Source: Gemmatimonadaceae bacterium
GTDB taxonomy: Bacteria; Gemmatimonadota; Gemmatimonadetes; Gemmatimonadales; Gemmatimonadaceae
Direction of reading: 5' to 3'
Length of the DNA stretch: 27,560 nucleotides
NCBI GenBank assembly: GCA_040902005.1
Contig: JBBDYA010000044.1
Coordinates: forward strand, 1 to 27,560
The notes beneath the pieces were generated by a model. That model was not told the DNA's origin. It did not search any database and saw only the letters and a program-made list of their open reading frames with translations. Of the stretch, positions 9,888 to 18,275 are shown piece by piece (positions within the stretch are counted from its first letter, which is position 1; each line of letters starts with the position of its first letter). Both the position numbers and the translations under genes were made by a program.

Positions 9888-10370
9888 ATGAGAATTGCCA
9901 TCTACGCGGGCACCTTCGATCCGATCACGCGCGGCCACGAGGATCTCATGATGCGCAGCCTGGCATTCGTGGACAGGCTCATCGTCGCGGTCGCGCCAAG
10001 TTCCACGAAGACACCGATCTTTTCCGCGGCTGAGCGGATTGCCCTGATCAAGGCGGCCATTGCGGACGAAGCGCGCATCGACGTGAAGAGCTTCGACGGG
10101 TTGCTGGTGGACTTTGCGCGCGCGCAGCGTGCCGGGCTGCTCATCCGTGGATTGCGGGCCGTCAGCGACTTCGAGTACGAGTACCAGATGGCGCTGATGA
10201 ACCGCCACCTGCATCCGAAGCTCGAGACGGTATTCATGGTGCCGTCGCTGGACACGACGTACATCAGCGCGAGTCTGGTCCGTGAGGTCGCGCGCTTCGG
10301 CGGCGACGTCAGCGGACTCGTCCATCCGGCGGTGGCGGAGGCGCTTCGCGCCAAGTTGGCGGCGAGCTAG
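9888..10370 (+). CDS. coaD: Phosphopantetheine adenylyltransferase
   Basis: YAGTFDPITRGH, IRGLRAVSDFEYE, ISASLVREVA. Confidence 0.98.
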   Translation: MRIAIYAGTFDPITRGHEDLMMRSLAFVDRLIVAVAPSSTKTPIFSAAERIALIKAAIADEARIDVKSFDGLLVDFARAQRAGLLIRGLRAVSDFEYEYQMALMNRHLHPKLETVFMVPSLDTTYISASLVREVARFGGDVSGLVHPAVAEALRAKLAAS

Positions 10371-10386
10371 CCGCCGTGCGATCGCC

Positions 10387-11418
10387 GTGACGGGCTTTCT
10401 GGAGGGCGTGCGCGCGCGCGCTTCAACGTCGAGGCGGCGCATCGTGTTTCCCGAGTCGGCCGACGAGCGCACTCTGGCCGCCGTGATGGAGTTGACGACG
10501 CACCGGATCCTCGACCCGATACTCGTCCTGGATCCCGCGCAGCCGTCCACTCACGCGGCGGCGCGCGCGACCGGATGCCCGTGCGTGGACCCCCGCGACG
10601 ACGCGCGCCAGGACGCCGCATCCGACGCAATCCTGACCGCCCGACGCGCGAACGGCATGACCGAGAAGGAGGCTCGGCGCCTCGCGCTGACGCCCCTGTA
10701 TTTCGCCGACTACCTCGTGCGGGACGGGGCGGCGGACGGATGCGTCGCGGGTGCCGTACACACCACGTCCGAAGTCCTTCGTGCGGCGCTCTGGCTGATC
10801 GGCCCGGCCCCAGGAGTCCGGACCGTTTCGAGCGCCTTCTACATGGTCGTTCCGGCGTTCCGGGAAGGGCACGGCACCGACGTGCTCACCTTCACGGATT
10901 GCGCTGTGGTTCCGCAGCCCGATGTCCACCAATTGGCGGACATCGCCATCGCGGCCGGGTTGGATCGGCGGCGGATTGTGGGCGACGAGCCGCGCATCGC
11001 GTTCCTCTCGTACAGTACTCTCGGCAGCGCGGAGGGGACCTCGGTGGACGGCATTCGGGCCGCCGTGGAAGAGGTCCGACGGCGAGCGCCCCATCTGGCC
11101 GTGGACGGAGAATTGCAAGGAGACGCGGCGTTGATTCCGGCCGTGGCCGCCCGCAAGGCACCGGGCAGCCGGATCGCGGGCCGGGCCAACGTGCTGGTCT
11201 TTCCATCGCTGGATGCGGGGAACATTGCGTACAAGCTCGTTCAACGGCTCGGGGGCGCCGCCGCCATCGGGCCCATCGTGCAAGGGCTGCGTCATCCGTG
11301 CAGTGACCTTTCGCGGGGGGCGACGAGCGATGACATTTCCAATGTGGCGGCCATCACGGCGCTCCAGGCCGGCGCGCCTGTCACCCTGGCCTCGACTGCT
11401 GAGGAGAGCACTCCATGA
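10387..11418 (+). CDS. pta: Phosphate acetyl/butyryltransferase family protein (short Pta type)
   Basis: RIVFPES, TDCAVVPQP, LSYSTLGS, DGELQGDAAL, ANVLVFPSLDAGNIAYKL, GPIVQG, DLSRG; start GTG 10387 inferred. Confidence 0.88.
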   Translation: MTGFLEGVRARASTSRRRIVFPESADERTLAAVMELTTHRILDPILVLDPAQPSTHAAARATGCPCVDPRDDARQDAASDAILTARRANGMTEKEARRLALTPLYFADYLVRDGAADGCVAGAVHTTSEVLRAALWLIGPAPGVRTVSSAFYMVVPAFREGHGTDVLTFTDCAVVPQPDVHQLADIAIAAGLDRRRIVGDEPRIAFLSYSTLGSAEGTSVDGIRAAVEEVRRRAPHLAVDGELQGDAALIPAVAARKAPGSRIAGRANVLVFPSLDAGNIAYKLVQRLGGAAAIGPIVQGLRHPCSDLSRGATSDDISNVAAITALQAGAPVTLASTAEESTP

Positions 11419-11747
11419 GCTTCTCGATCAAGAAACAGGATGAAGTGGTGGTCGTCGATGTGGAAGGTCAGCTCATCGTCGGCAACCGCCAGGAACTGAA
11501 GCAGAAGGTGCTGGACGAGCTGGAGAAGGGTGAGCGGAAATTCCTCATCGACTTCTCGCAGACGGGCTACATCGACAGCTCCGGGCTGGGCGTGCTCGTC
11601 TCGCTGTCGAAGAAGATCCGCGAGCAGGGTGGTGAACTCCGCCTCGCGAATCTCAACGATGATCTCAAGACGCTGTTCGAGCTCACCAAGCTGGACACGC
11701 TATTTCAAATCGCCGAGACGCGCGATCGCGCGCTCCAGAGCTTCTGA
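11415..11747 (+). CDS. STAS-domain anti-sigma factor antagonist (RsbV/SpoIIAA-like)
   Basis: YIDSSGLGVL phosphoacceptor motif, GGELRL, LFELTKL; SD GAGGAG. Confidence 0.94.
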   Translation: MSFSIKKQDEVVVVDVEGQLIVGNRQELKQKVLDELEKGERKFLIDFSQTGYIDSSGLGVLVSLSKKIREQGGELRLANLNDDLKTLFELTKLDTLFQIAETRDRALQSF

Positions 11748-12184
11748 CCGATCCACCCGACGCCCACGTCCGTACCATCGACCTGGTCATCCCCAACGAC
11801 GTTGGGGAAATAGAGCGCGTGGTGGAGCTGGTGCGCCGCGAATGCGAAGCGATGCGCTTCGGTTCGCGGCAGCTGCAGCTCAATGTGCCCGTAGCGCTCA
11901 CCGAAGCGCTTTCGAATGCCATCCTCCGCGGCAACCGCGACGATCCGAAGAAGTACGTACGCGTGCGTGCACGTATCGATCAGTCCTCCCTGGTGATCGA
12001 GGTGGCGGACGAGGGGCCCGGATTCGATCTCGACGCGTGCACCGTGGACCCCACGACGCCTGACCTGCTCGAATGCGAGGACGGGCGCGGCTTGTTCCTG
12101 ATGCGGAAGCTCATGGACAGCGTGGAGTGCGTGCCCTCGGCGCCCGGGAACATGGTGCGCCTGACGCTGCGTCGTGCCTCGTGA
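11744..12184 (+). CDS. RsbW/SpoIIAB-like anti-sigma factor Ser kinase (HATPase); start CTG 11744 or GTG 11819
   Basis: N box EALSNAILRGN, G1 DEGPGFD, G2 EDGRGLFLM. Confidence 0.9.
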   Translation: MTDPPDAHVRTIDLVIPNDVGEIERVVELVRRECEAMRFGSRQLQLNVPVALTEALSNAILRGNRDDPKKYVRVRARIDQSSLVIEVADEGPGFDLDACTVDPTTPDLLECEDGRGLFLMRKLMDSVECVPSAPGNMVRLTLRRAS

Positions 12185-13764
12185 CCGACCTGGTCGCGGT
12201 GCTCGAGGCGTTCAAGGCCGTGTATGGCTTCGACGCGGCCGTCTGGGCGCAGGTGGCCGGTGGTGCGCTCACGCGCGAAGCCGCGACGAACCGCGCGCCG
12301 CCGCCTGAACGGCTGCCGGCCGTGGCCGATGGCGCGGTGGCCCTCACCACGCCCGCCGGGTCCACACTCGTCGCCGCGATTCCCGGGCCACGACGCGCGT
12401 GGCTGGTCGTTCAAACCGCCCGGGCGCCGAAGGACCTCGACGTCCAGTTCCGGTTCCTCCTTCCCGTGGTCGCGCTCATCCTCCAGTCCGCCCTCGAAGT
12501 CGAGCACGCCGCCAACGAGCTCGCCGAGCGATACGAAGAGATCAACCTGCTGTACACGATCAGCGAGATTCTCGGCCGCACGGTCGCGCTCGAGGAGGTG
12601 TCCGGCCGCATCCTGACCGAGATCTCGGAAACCGTCGGCGCGCGCCGCGCGGTCGTGTTCGTCCATGACGCCACCGCGAAAGCGCTCGTGGCAATCGCCG
12701 TCCTGGGCGTTGCTCGCGACGCCGTGGCCGATATTCCGGTGGACAACGAGGACAGCGTCACCGCGAAGGTCTTTCGCACCTGTCACGCCACGATCGTGGA
12801 GGGGGATCAGATGCTCTCCGTCTCCGACCGGTCCTTCCGGAGCGGCGCCATGCTGTCGGTGCCGATCATGTGGACGTCACCCCGTGGCGGCGCCGAGCCC
12901 ATGGGCGTTGTCAACCTGTCGGACCGGCGCAGTGGCCAGCCATTCTCGGCCGGCGATCAGAAGCTGATCTCGGCAATCGCGACCCAGATCGGCACGGCCA
13001 TCCAGAACGCCCGCCTCGTTCGCGAGTCCCTCAGCCAGCAGCGCCTGCGTCAGGAGATGCAGCTCGCGCACGACCTGCAGATGCGCCTGCTGCCGAGCGT
13101 CGACGCCGTGGCGCCGACGGCCACCGTCGCCGCGCGCGTGGTCCCGGCGGAGAGTGTCGGCGGCGACCTGTACAATCTGTTTCGGCTGGGCCCGGGAAAG
13201 ACCGGCGTGATGATCGGCGATGTCTCCGGTCACGGTTACCAGGCAGCCCTCATCATGGCGCTGGCCATGAGCGCTTCCGCCATTCACGCCCAGACCACCG
13301 CCGACCCCGGGGAAACGCTCACCGCGCTGCTGGCCTCGATGAACGATGAGTTGGCGACGACGGAGATGTTCATGTCCACCTTCTACGGCGTGGTGGACCG
13401 AACCGCCGGTGTGCTCCGGTACGGGAATGCCGGACACCCCCACGCGTTCGTGATCGCAGGATCGGGAACCGCGGAGCGACTGCCGGCGCTGGACCCGCCG
13501 CTTGGCATGGGCAGCACGGCGCCGCGGAGCGCCAGTCGCCCCTGGAGCCGGGACGATCTGTTGCTGCTCTTTACGGATGGCGTGAGCGACGCGCGCAATC
13601 GCGCTGGTGATCGATTGGGCGAGGAGAAGATCGTGGAACTGGCCACGCAGCATCGCCGCGAGCATCCGGATGAGGTGATCGCCCGGATCTTCGCCTTGCT
13701 CGACCAGCATACGGGCGACACGCGCCGTCGCGACGACCTCACCATCGTCGCACTCCGGAGCTGA
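12181..13764 (+). CDS. GAF-domain PP2C/SpoIIE serine phosphatase (RsbU-like)
   Basis: GAF (MLSVPI..MGVVNLSDR..FSAGDQKL), VGGDLY, IGDVSGHG, NAGHP, FTDGV, RDDLT; GTGA overlap with the upstream kinase gene. Confidence 0.93.
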   Translation: MTDLVAVLEAFKAVYGFDAAVWAQVAGGALTREAATNRAPPPERLPAVADGAVALTTPAGSTLVAAIPGPRRAWLVVQTARAPKDLDVQFRFLLPVVALILQSALEVEHAANELAERYEEINLLYTISEILGRTVALEEVSGRILTEISETVGARRAVVFVHDATAKALVAIAVLGVARDAVADIPVDNEDSVTAKVFRTCHATIVEGDQMLSVSDRSFRSGAMLSVPIMWTSPRGGAEPMGVVNLSDRRSGQPFSAGDQKLISAIATQIGTAIQNARLVRESLSQQRLRQEMQLAHDLQMRLLPSVDAVAPTATVAARVVPAESVGGDLYNLFRLGPGKTGVMIGDVSGHGYQAALIMALAMSASAIHAQTTADPGETLTALLASMNDELATTEMFMSTFYGVVDRTAGVLRYGNAGHPHAFVIAGSGTAERLPALDPPLGMGSTAPRSASRPWSRDDLLLLFTDGVSDARNRAGDRLGEEKIVELATQHRREHPDEVIARIFALLDQHTGDTRRRDDLTIVALRS

Positions 13765-13765
13765 C

Positions 13766-14584
13766 GTGCCCCGCGGACGCGGCGCCTCCATGCCGCCGAT
13801 CCGGAAGAGCCTGGGCCAGCACTTTCTCTCGGACCGTCGGATCCTGTCCCGCATCGTCGACGCGCTGGAGTTGCAGCCGGCGGAGACGGTCGTGGAGATC
13901 GGCTCGGGCCGCGGCTCCCTCACCGACCTGTTGAAGGAAAGGGCGGCGCTGACGATTGGCATCGAGTACGATCGGAAGCTCGTTGCGTTGCTTGCGGCGC
14001 GATTTGCGGCCGATCCGCGCGTTCGCATTGTCGAGGCCGACGTGCTCGAAACGGATCTCGGCGCGCTTGCCGGAGGGCCGTACGCGCTCGTCGGCAACGT
14101 TCCCTATTACATCACGACGCCGATCCTCTTTCACGCCCTCGAACCGCCGCGGGCATCCCGCGCGGTCTACCTCGTGCAGCGCGAGGTGGCTGACCGGATG
14201 GCGGCCGCGCCCAGATCGAAGGACTACGGTGCCCTGTCAGTCAATCTCCAGGCGATCGCCCGGGCAGAACTGATCCATCGCGTCCCCGCTGGCGCGTTCC
14301 ATCCCCCGCCCAAAGTCGACAGCGCGGTCGTGCGGGTCACGCCGCTCGAGTCACCCGTGGTCACTCCGGACGAGGAACACGATTTCCGCGTGCTGGTGCA
14401 GGGCGCCTTCGGCATGCGCCGCAAGCAGATGCGACGCGTCCTTCGAGGGTTGCGGGCCCTGAGCGCCACAGATTCCGAGGCGGCGCTCGAGGCGGCTGGC
14501 ATCACGCCGGATGCGCGCGCCGAGACACTCAGCCCGCACCAGTTCGCCGCGCTGCTGCGGGAACTGCGAAACCGGCCGGCCTAA
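13766..14584 (+). CDS. rsmA: 16S rRNA m6,2A1518/1519 dimethyltransferase
   Basis: KSLGQHFL, EIGSGRGSLT, GNVPYYITT, QREVADR, FHPPPKVDS, RAETLS. Confidence 0.97.
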   Translation: MPRGRGASMPPIRKSLGQHFLSDRRILSRIVDALELQPAETVVEIGSGRGSLTDLLKERAALTIGIEYDRKLVALLAARFAADPRVRIVEADVLETDLGALAGGPYALVGNVPYYITTPILFHALEPPRASRAVYLVQREVADRMAAAPRSKDYGALSVNLQAIARAELIHRVPAGAFHPPPKVDSAVVRVTPLESPVVTPDEEHDFRVLVQGAFGMRRKQMRRVLRGLRALSATDSEAALEAAGITPDARAETLSPHQFAALLRELRNRPA

Positions 14585-15204
14585 TCCCGGTTCGTGAGGG
14601 CAAACGCGAGGCCCTCGAGCTCCATCGCCATGTTGACGGTCTTCACGGTGACGTCGGCCGGCACCTGAAGCTGCACGGGCGCGAAATTGAGAATCGCCTT
14701 GATGCCAGCGCGAACAGCCCGATCCACGACCTCCTGCGCCACCTCACTCGGCACGGTGACCACGGCGATATCGGGTGGGTCGCGCTGGACGTCCTTTTCG
14801 AGCATTCCAATGTTCCGGACCGGCACGCCTTCCAGGGACTTACCGAGCTTCTGCGGGTTGGCATCGTACGCCGCGAGGATGTGAAAGCCGCGCTGCTTGA
14901 ATCCGCGGTACGCCACGAGCGCAGCGCCGATTTTTCCCGCGCCGATGATGATGATCTTCCATTGGCGTCCCAACCCGAGGATCTCGCGGAGGCGGCCCGC
15001 CAGCTCCGGAACCGAATAGCCCAGCCCGCGCTTGCCGAAGGATCCGAAGAAAGAGAGGTCCTTTCGAACCTGGGCGGACGTGGTCCCCCCGCGCCGGGCA
15101 AGCTCGTCACTGGAGATCGTGGAGAGCCCGCGGCCTTCAAAATCCTCGAGAAATCTCAGGTACGCCGACAGGCGGCGAACTGTCGAATCGGCAATGCGTT
15201 TCAC
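14581..15204 (-). CDS. rex: Redox-sensing transcriptional repressor Rex; likely start GTG 15204 (ORF track starts at 15234)
   Basis: STVRRLSAYLR, ISSDELA, QVRKDLSFFGSFGKRGLGY, Rossmann GAGKIG, ILNFAP. Confidence 0.97.
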   Translation of the reverse strand: MKRIADSTVRRLSAYLRFLEDFEGRGLSTISSDELARRGGTTSAQVRKDLSFFGSFGKRGLGYSVPELAGRLREILGLGRQWKIIIIGAGKIGAALVAYRGFKQRGFHILAAYDANPQKLGKSLEGVPVRNIGMLEKDVQRDPPDIAVVTVPSEVAQEVVDRAVRAGIKAILNFAPVQLQVPADVTVKTVNMAMELEGLAFALTNRD

Positions 15205-15218
15205 GTCGGGACGGCGCT

Positions 15219-15236
15219 TTGTGAATTCATTCACAA
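15219..15236. promoter_or_regulatory. Rex operator
   Basis: TTGTGAA-TTCA-TTCACAA, a perfect match to the TTGTGAA-N4-TTCACAA Rex box, 14 nt upstream of the likely rex start. Confidence 0.9.
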
Positions 15237-15304
15237 GTTAGTAAGGCCCCGTTTCGGTCACCAGCGCTGCTGCGCCGCCGTCCGGGTTCAGGTTATCTTC
15301 GGGT

Positions 15305-16540
15305 ATGAAAGTCCAGGTCACCTCCGAAATCGGGCGCCTGCGCGCTGTCCTGGTGCATCCGCCCGGGCCTGAGCTCGTCGCCGTCACCCCCCGGACGCGC
15401 GAAGACTTCCTCTACGACGACATCATCGAGGCCGAGACCGCCCGACGGGAGCATCAGCGGTTCATGGCGATCCTCGAGCGCTTCGCCAAGGTCTACCAGG
15501 TGCGCGACCTGCTCGAGGAAGTGCTCAAGCAGCCGGAGGTCCGCGATTTGTTCGTCCGCGAGACCATGGACATCGTTCCGTCGGAGCCCCTGGCTCGGGA
15601 AATCGCCGAACTGGACTCCGCGCAGCTGGCGACCATGCTCATCGAGGGAAAGGAGGAGCAGCCGGGCCTGCTGGCACAGGCACTCAACGAGTCGGGGTAC
15701 GAGCTGCCGCCGCTGCCCAACCTCTTCTTCACGCGCGACAGCTGCATTCCGGTCGGCGACCATGTGCTCATCGGATCCATGCGCTACGGCATCCGCTGGC
15801 CGGAAGAGCTCATCATGAAGTCCATCTTCCTGCACCACCCGGAGTTCCAGAGCCGTGGACTGCTCTACGATGGGTCGGTCGAGCGCCGCCACCATTACAC
15901 CATCGAGGGAGGCGACGTGCATCCGCTGCGCGACGACCTCGTTCTCATCGGGTTCTCCGAGCGGTCGAGCCCGGCGGCGATCGACGGTCTCGCGTCGCTC
16001 CTCTTCGCGAAGACGAACGTCAAGGACGTGATCATCGTCGTGATGCCGGAGCACCGGACCGCGATCCACCTGGACATGATCTTCACGCACATCGATCGTG
16101 AGCTCTGCGTGGTGTATCCGCCACATTTTCTGGGACCGGAGCGCCTGCGGGTGCTGCACTGGCACAAGGGCGAGGCGAGCCTGCGCGAGCCGGCGACACT
16201 GTTCGCCGCATTCGAGGCCGTGGGCATGCCGCTTCAGCCGGTGTTGTGCGGGGGAGAGAAGCGCACGTTGCAGGATCGAGAGCAATGGGCATCGGGGTGC
16301 AATTTCGCCGCGATGGCTCCGGGCGTCGTGCTCTCGTACGCCCGCAACGAGGCCACGCTGCGTGAACTCGAGAAGGTCGGGTTCACCATCATCCCGGCCG
16401 TCGCCTTTCTCACGGGGGAAGCGCGATTCAAGGAGGGAGAACGCACCGCGATCACGTTCGAGGGCGCCGAACTGGTCCGCGGCGGCGGCGGCCCGCGCTG
16501 CATGACCTGTCCAGTGCAGCGAGACGATCCGTGGAGCTGA
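15305..16540 (+). CDS. arcA: Arginine deiminase family protein
   Basis: VTSEIGRLRAVLVHPPG, LYDDI, PNLFFTRD, IEGGD, HLD, REQW, ELVRGGGGPRCMTCP with catalytic Cys. Confidence 0.92.
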   Translation: MKVQVTSEIGRLRAVLVHPPGPELVAVTPRTREDFLYDDIIEAETARREHQRFMAILERFAKVYQVRDLLEEVLKQPEVRDLFVRETMDIVPSEPLAREIAELDSAQLATMLIEGKEEQPGLLAQALNESGYELPPLPNLFFTRDSCIPVGDHVLIGSMRYGIRWPEELIMKSIFLHHPEFQSRGLLYDGSVERRHHYTIEGGDVHPLRDDLVLIGFSERSSPAAIDGLASLLFAKTNVKDVIIVVMPEHRTAIHLDMIFTHIDRELCVVYPPHFLGPERLRVLHWHKGEASLREPATLFAAFEAVGMPLQPVLCGGEKRTLQDREQWASGCNFAAMAPGVVLSYARNEATLRELEKVGFTIIPAVAFLTGEARFKEGERTAITFEGAELVRGGGGPRCMTCPVQRDDPWS

Positions 16541-17160
16541 GGGGGCTCGATTACGCCGTCGTCGACGTCGAAACCACGGGCGGCCGCGTCTATGGTGGCG
16601 ACCGCATCATGGAAATCGGCATCGTCCACATTCGCGATGGGGTGATGTCGACGGCGGCCGATCTCCTCATCAACCCGCAGCGCGACATTCCGCCGTTCGT
16701 GTCGCGACTGACTGGCATCCGGTGGGATACGGTGAGCGAGGCGCCCACTTTCGGGGACATCGCCGACAATGTCCTCGACGCGCTGGAGGGATGCGTTTTC
16801 GTGGCGCACAACGTCCGGTTCGACTGGCGCTTCCTCAACATGGAACTCCGTCGCGCCACGGGGCGCACTTTGCACAACCGCCAGTTGTGCACTGTGAAGT
16901 TCGCGCGGAAGCTGCTGACGCACCTCCGGCGCCGGAACCTGGATTCGCTCGCCTGGCACTACGAGGTTCCGATCGTGGGGCGCCATCGCGCGGGTGGCGA
17001 CGCGCGGGCCACGGCGCAGGTGCTCCTTCGAATGCTCGCCGACGCGCGGCGTCAGGACGTGGATACCTGGGACGGACTCAGCGCATTCCTGAGAAGGCCC
17101 AGGGCGTCGCCGACACGCTCGTACCTTCCCCAACCCGTTACCATCGAGGCGATCGCATGA
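16531..17160 (+). CDS. DEDDh 3'-5' exonuclease (DnaQ/PolC-exo-like)
   Basis: VVDVETTG, LTGI, AHNVRFDWRFL, LCTV, HRAGGDA. Confidence 0.92.
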   Translation: MELRGLDYAVVDVETTGGRVYGGDRIMEIGIVHIRDGVMSTAADLLINPQRDIPPFVSRLTGIRWDTVSEAPTFGDIADNVLDALEGCVFVAHNVRFDWRFLNMELRRATGRTLHNRQLCTVKFARKLLTHLRRRNLDSLAWHYEVPIVGRHRAGGDARATAQVLLRMLADARRQDVDTWDGLSAFLRRPRASPTRSYLPQPVTIEAIA

Positions 17161-18038
17161 CGGCGCCGGCGGGCGCGCCGCTTGTGGAGAGCCGCACCAT
17201 TGGCAAGTGGCGCGTCCACGCGATCCAGGCCGGCGGGCAGAAGCTCGACGGGGGCGCGATGTTTGGCGTCGTTCCCAAGCCGCTCTGGGAGCGGCGCATC
17301 GCCCCAGACGACCGAAACCGCATCCAGCTTGCGATGCGGTGCCTGCTCATCGAGCACGAGTCGGGACTCGTGCTGATCGACACGGGTGCGGGGAACAAGG
17401 AAAGCGAGAAATTCCACGACATCTACGGCGTCCAGAATGCCGGCGAGAACGGCATGACGCAGCTCGAGGACGGCCTGCGCGACCTCCGGGTGCAGCCGTC
17501 GGACGTCGCGATCGTGATCAACACACATCTGCACTTCGACCACGCCGGCGGGAACACCACACGCACCGCCGACGGCAAGACTGTGCCGACCTTCCCGAAG
17601 GCGCGCTACGTCGTGCAGGCGGGCGAGTACGAGTACGCCACCCACACCAACGAGCGAACCGCGGCGAGCTACTTCCCGCACAACTTCGTCCCGCTCCACG
17701 ACGCCGGTCGATTCGATTACGTGACGGGCGAAACGGAGATCGTGAAGGGGATATCGGTCGTGCCGACGCCCGGCCACGTCCCGTTCCACCAGGGGATCCG
17801 GCTCGAGAGCGACGGGGAAGTGGCGTTCTACGTTGCGGACCTGGTTCCCACCACGTCGCATTTGCCGCTGCCCTGGATCATGGGCTACGACGTGGAGCCT
17901 TTGGTAACCATGGAATCCAAGCGGCGCGTGCTCACCAGCGCCGCGGAGGAGGGTTGGCTCCTGGTCCTGGAGCACGACGCCATGACGGCCTGGACCTTGA
18001 TCAGACACGACGGCAGAGCGTTCGTCGTGAAAGAGTAG
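17157..18038 (+). CDS. MBL-fold metallo-hydrolase (YtnP-like)
   Basis: LDGGAMFGVVPK, THLHFDHAGG, TPGH, ADLVPT, WIMGYD, EHD; ATGA overlap at 17157. Confidence 0.92.
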   Translation: MTAPAGAPLVESRTIGKWRVHAIQAGGQKLDGGAMFGVVPKPLWERRIAPDDRNRIQLAMRCLLIEHESGLVLIDTGAGNKESEKFHDIYGVQNAGENGMTQLEDGLRDLRVQPSDVAIVINTHLHFDHAGGNTTRTADGKTVPTFPKARYVVQAGEYEYATHTNERTAASYFPHNFVPLHDAGRFDYVTGETEIVKGISVVPTPGHVPFHQGIRLESDGEVAFYVADLVPTTSHLPLPWIMGYDVEPLVTMESKRRVLTSAAEEGWLLVLEHDAMTAWTLIRHDGRAFVVKE

Positions 18039-18089
18039 ATCGCCGGCCTGGCACGCGCGGTTCCCGCCGCTCGCCATACCATGGGTCGC

Positions 18090-18118
18090 TTGACCTAAGC
18101 GCCCGCGGTGCCTACGTT
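18090..18118 (+). promoter_or_regulatory. Putative sigma70 promoter of infC-rpmI-rplT
   Basis: TTGACC (18090-18095), 17 nt, TACGTT (18113-18118). Confidence 0.7.
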
Positions 18119-18124
18119 TATCGC

Positions 18125-18275
18125 ACAATTCATCAAGTGAATTGGCTTTCGCCAGTTCCACCCTTCGGCCCTCGCGAAGTTGCGGGGTGTGCTGCTGGAG
18201 TCTTTATGTGAGACCGCGCGCGCGGAGCGCCCGGTCATGCTGCGGACTCCACACACTGGGTCCGCATTTTTTTTT
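18125..18275 (+). ncRNA. Structured 5' leader / attenuator (candidate L20-responsive r-leader)
   Basis: Several hairpins, mutually exclusive terminator and antiterminator pairings, located upstream of infC-rpmI-rplT. Confidence 0.6.
18241..18275 (+). terminator. Intrinsic terminator within the infC leader
   Basis: TGCGGACTC/GGGTCCGCA 9-bp stem followed by T9 (18267-18275). Confidence 0.8.

Noticed and set aside
16722..17156. Long N-terminal extensions in the ORF track (MBL, and likewise pheT, pheS, infC, rsmD, PP2C, pta, folD)
   Set aside because: They overlap upstream genes or leaders; family homology begins at the downstream starts given, so they are not fusions
16531..18038. Exonuclease plus MBL pair as an anti-phage system
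   Set aside because: Both look like ordinary housekeeping families in a core context, with no compositional shift, mobility genes or defence partners visible
18124..18144. CACAATTCA...TGAATTG resembling Rex half-sites
   Set aside because: Orientation and spacing do not fit TTGTGAA-N4-TTCACAA; better explained as an RNA hairpin
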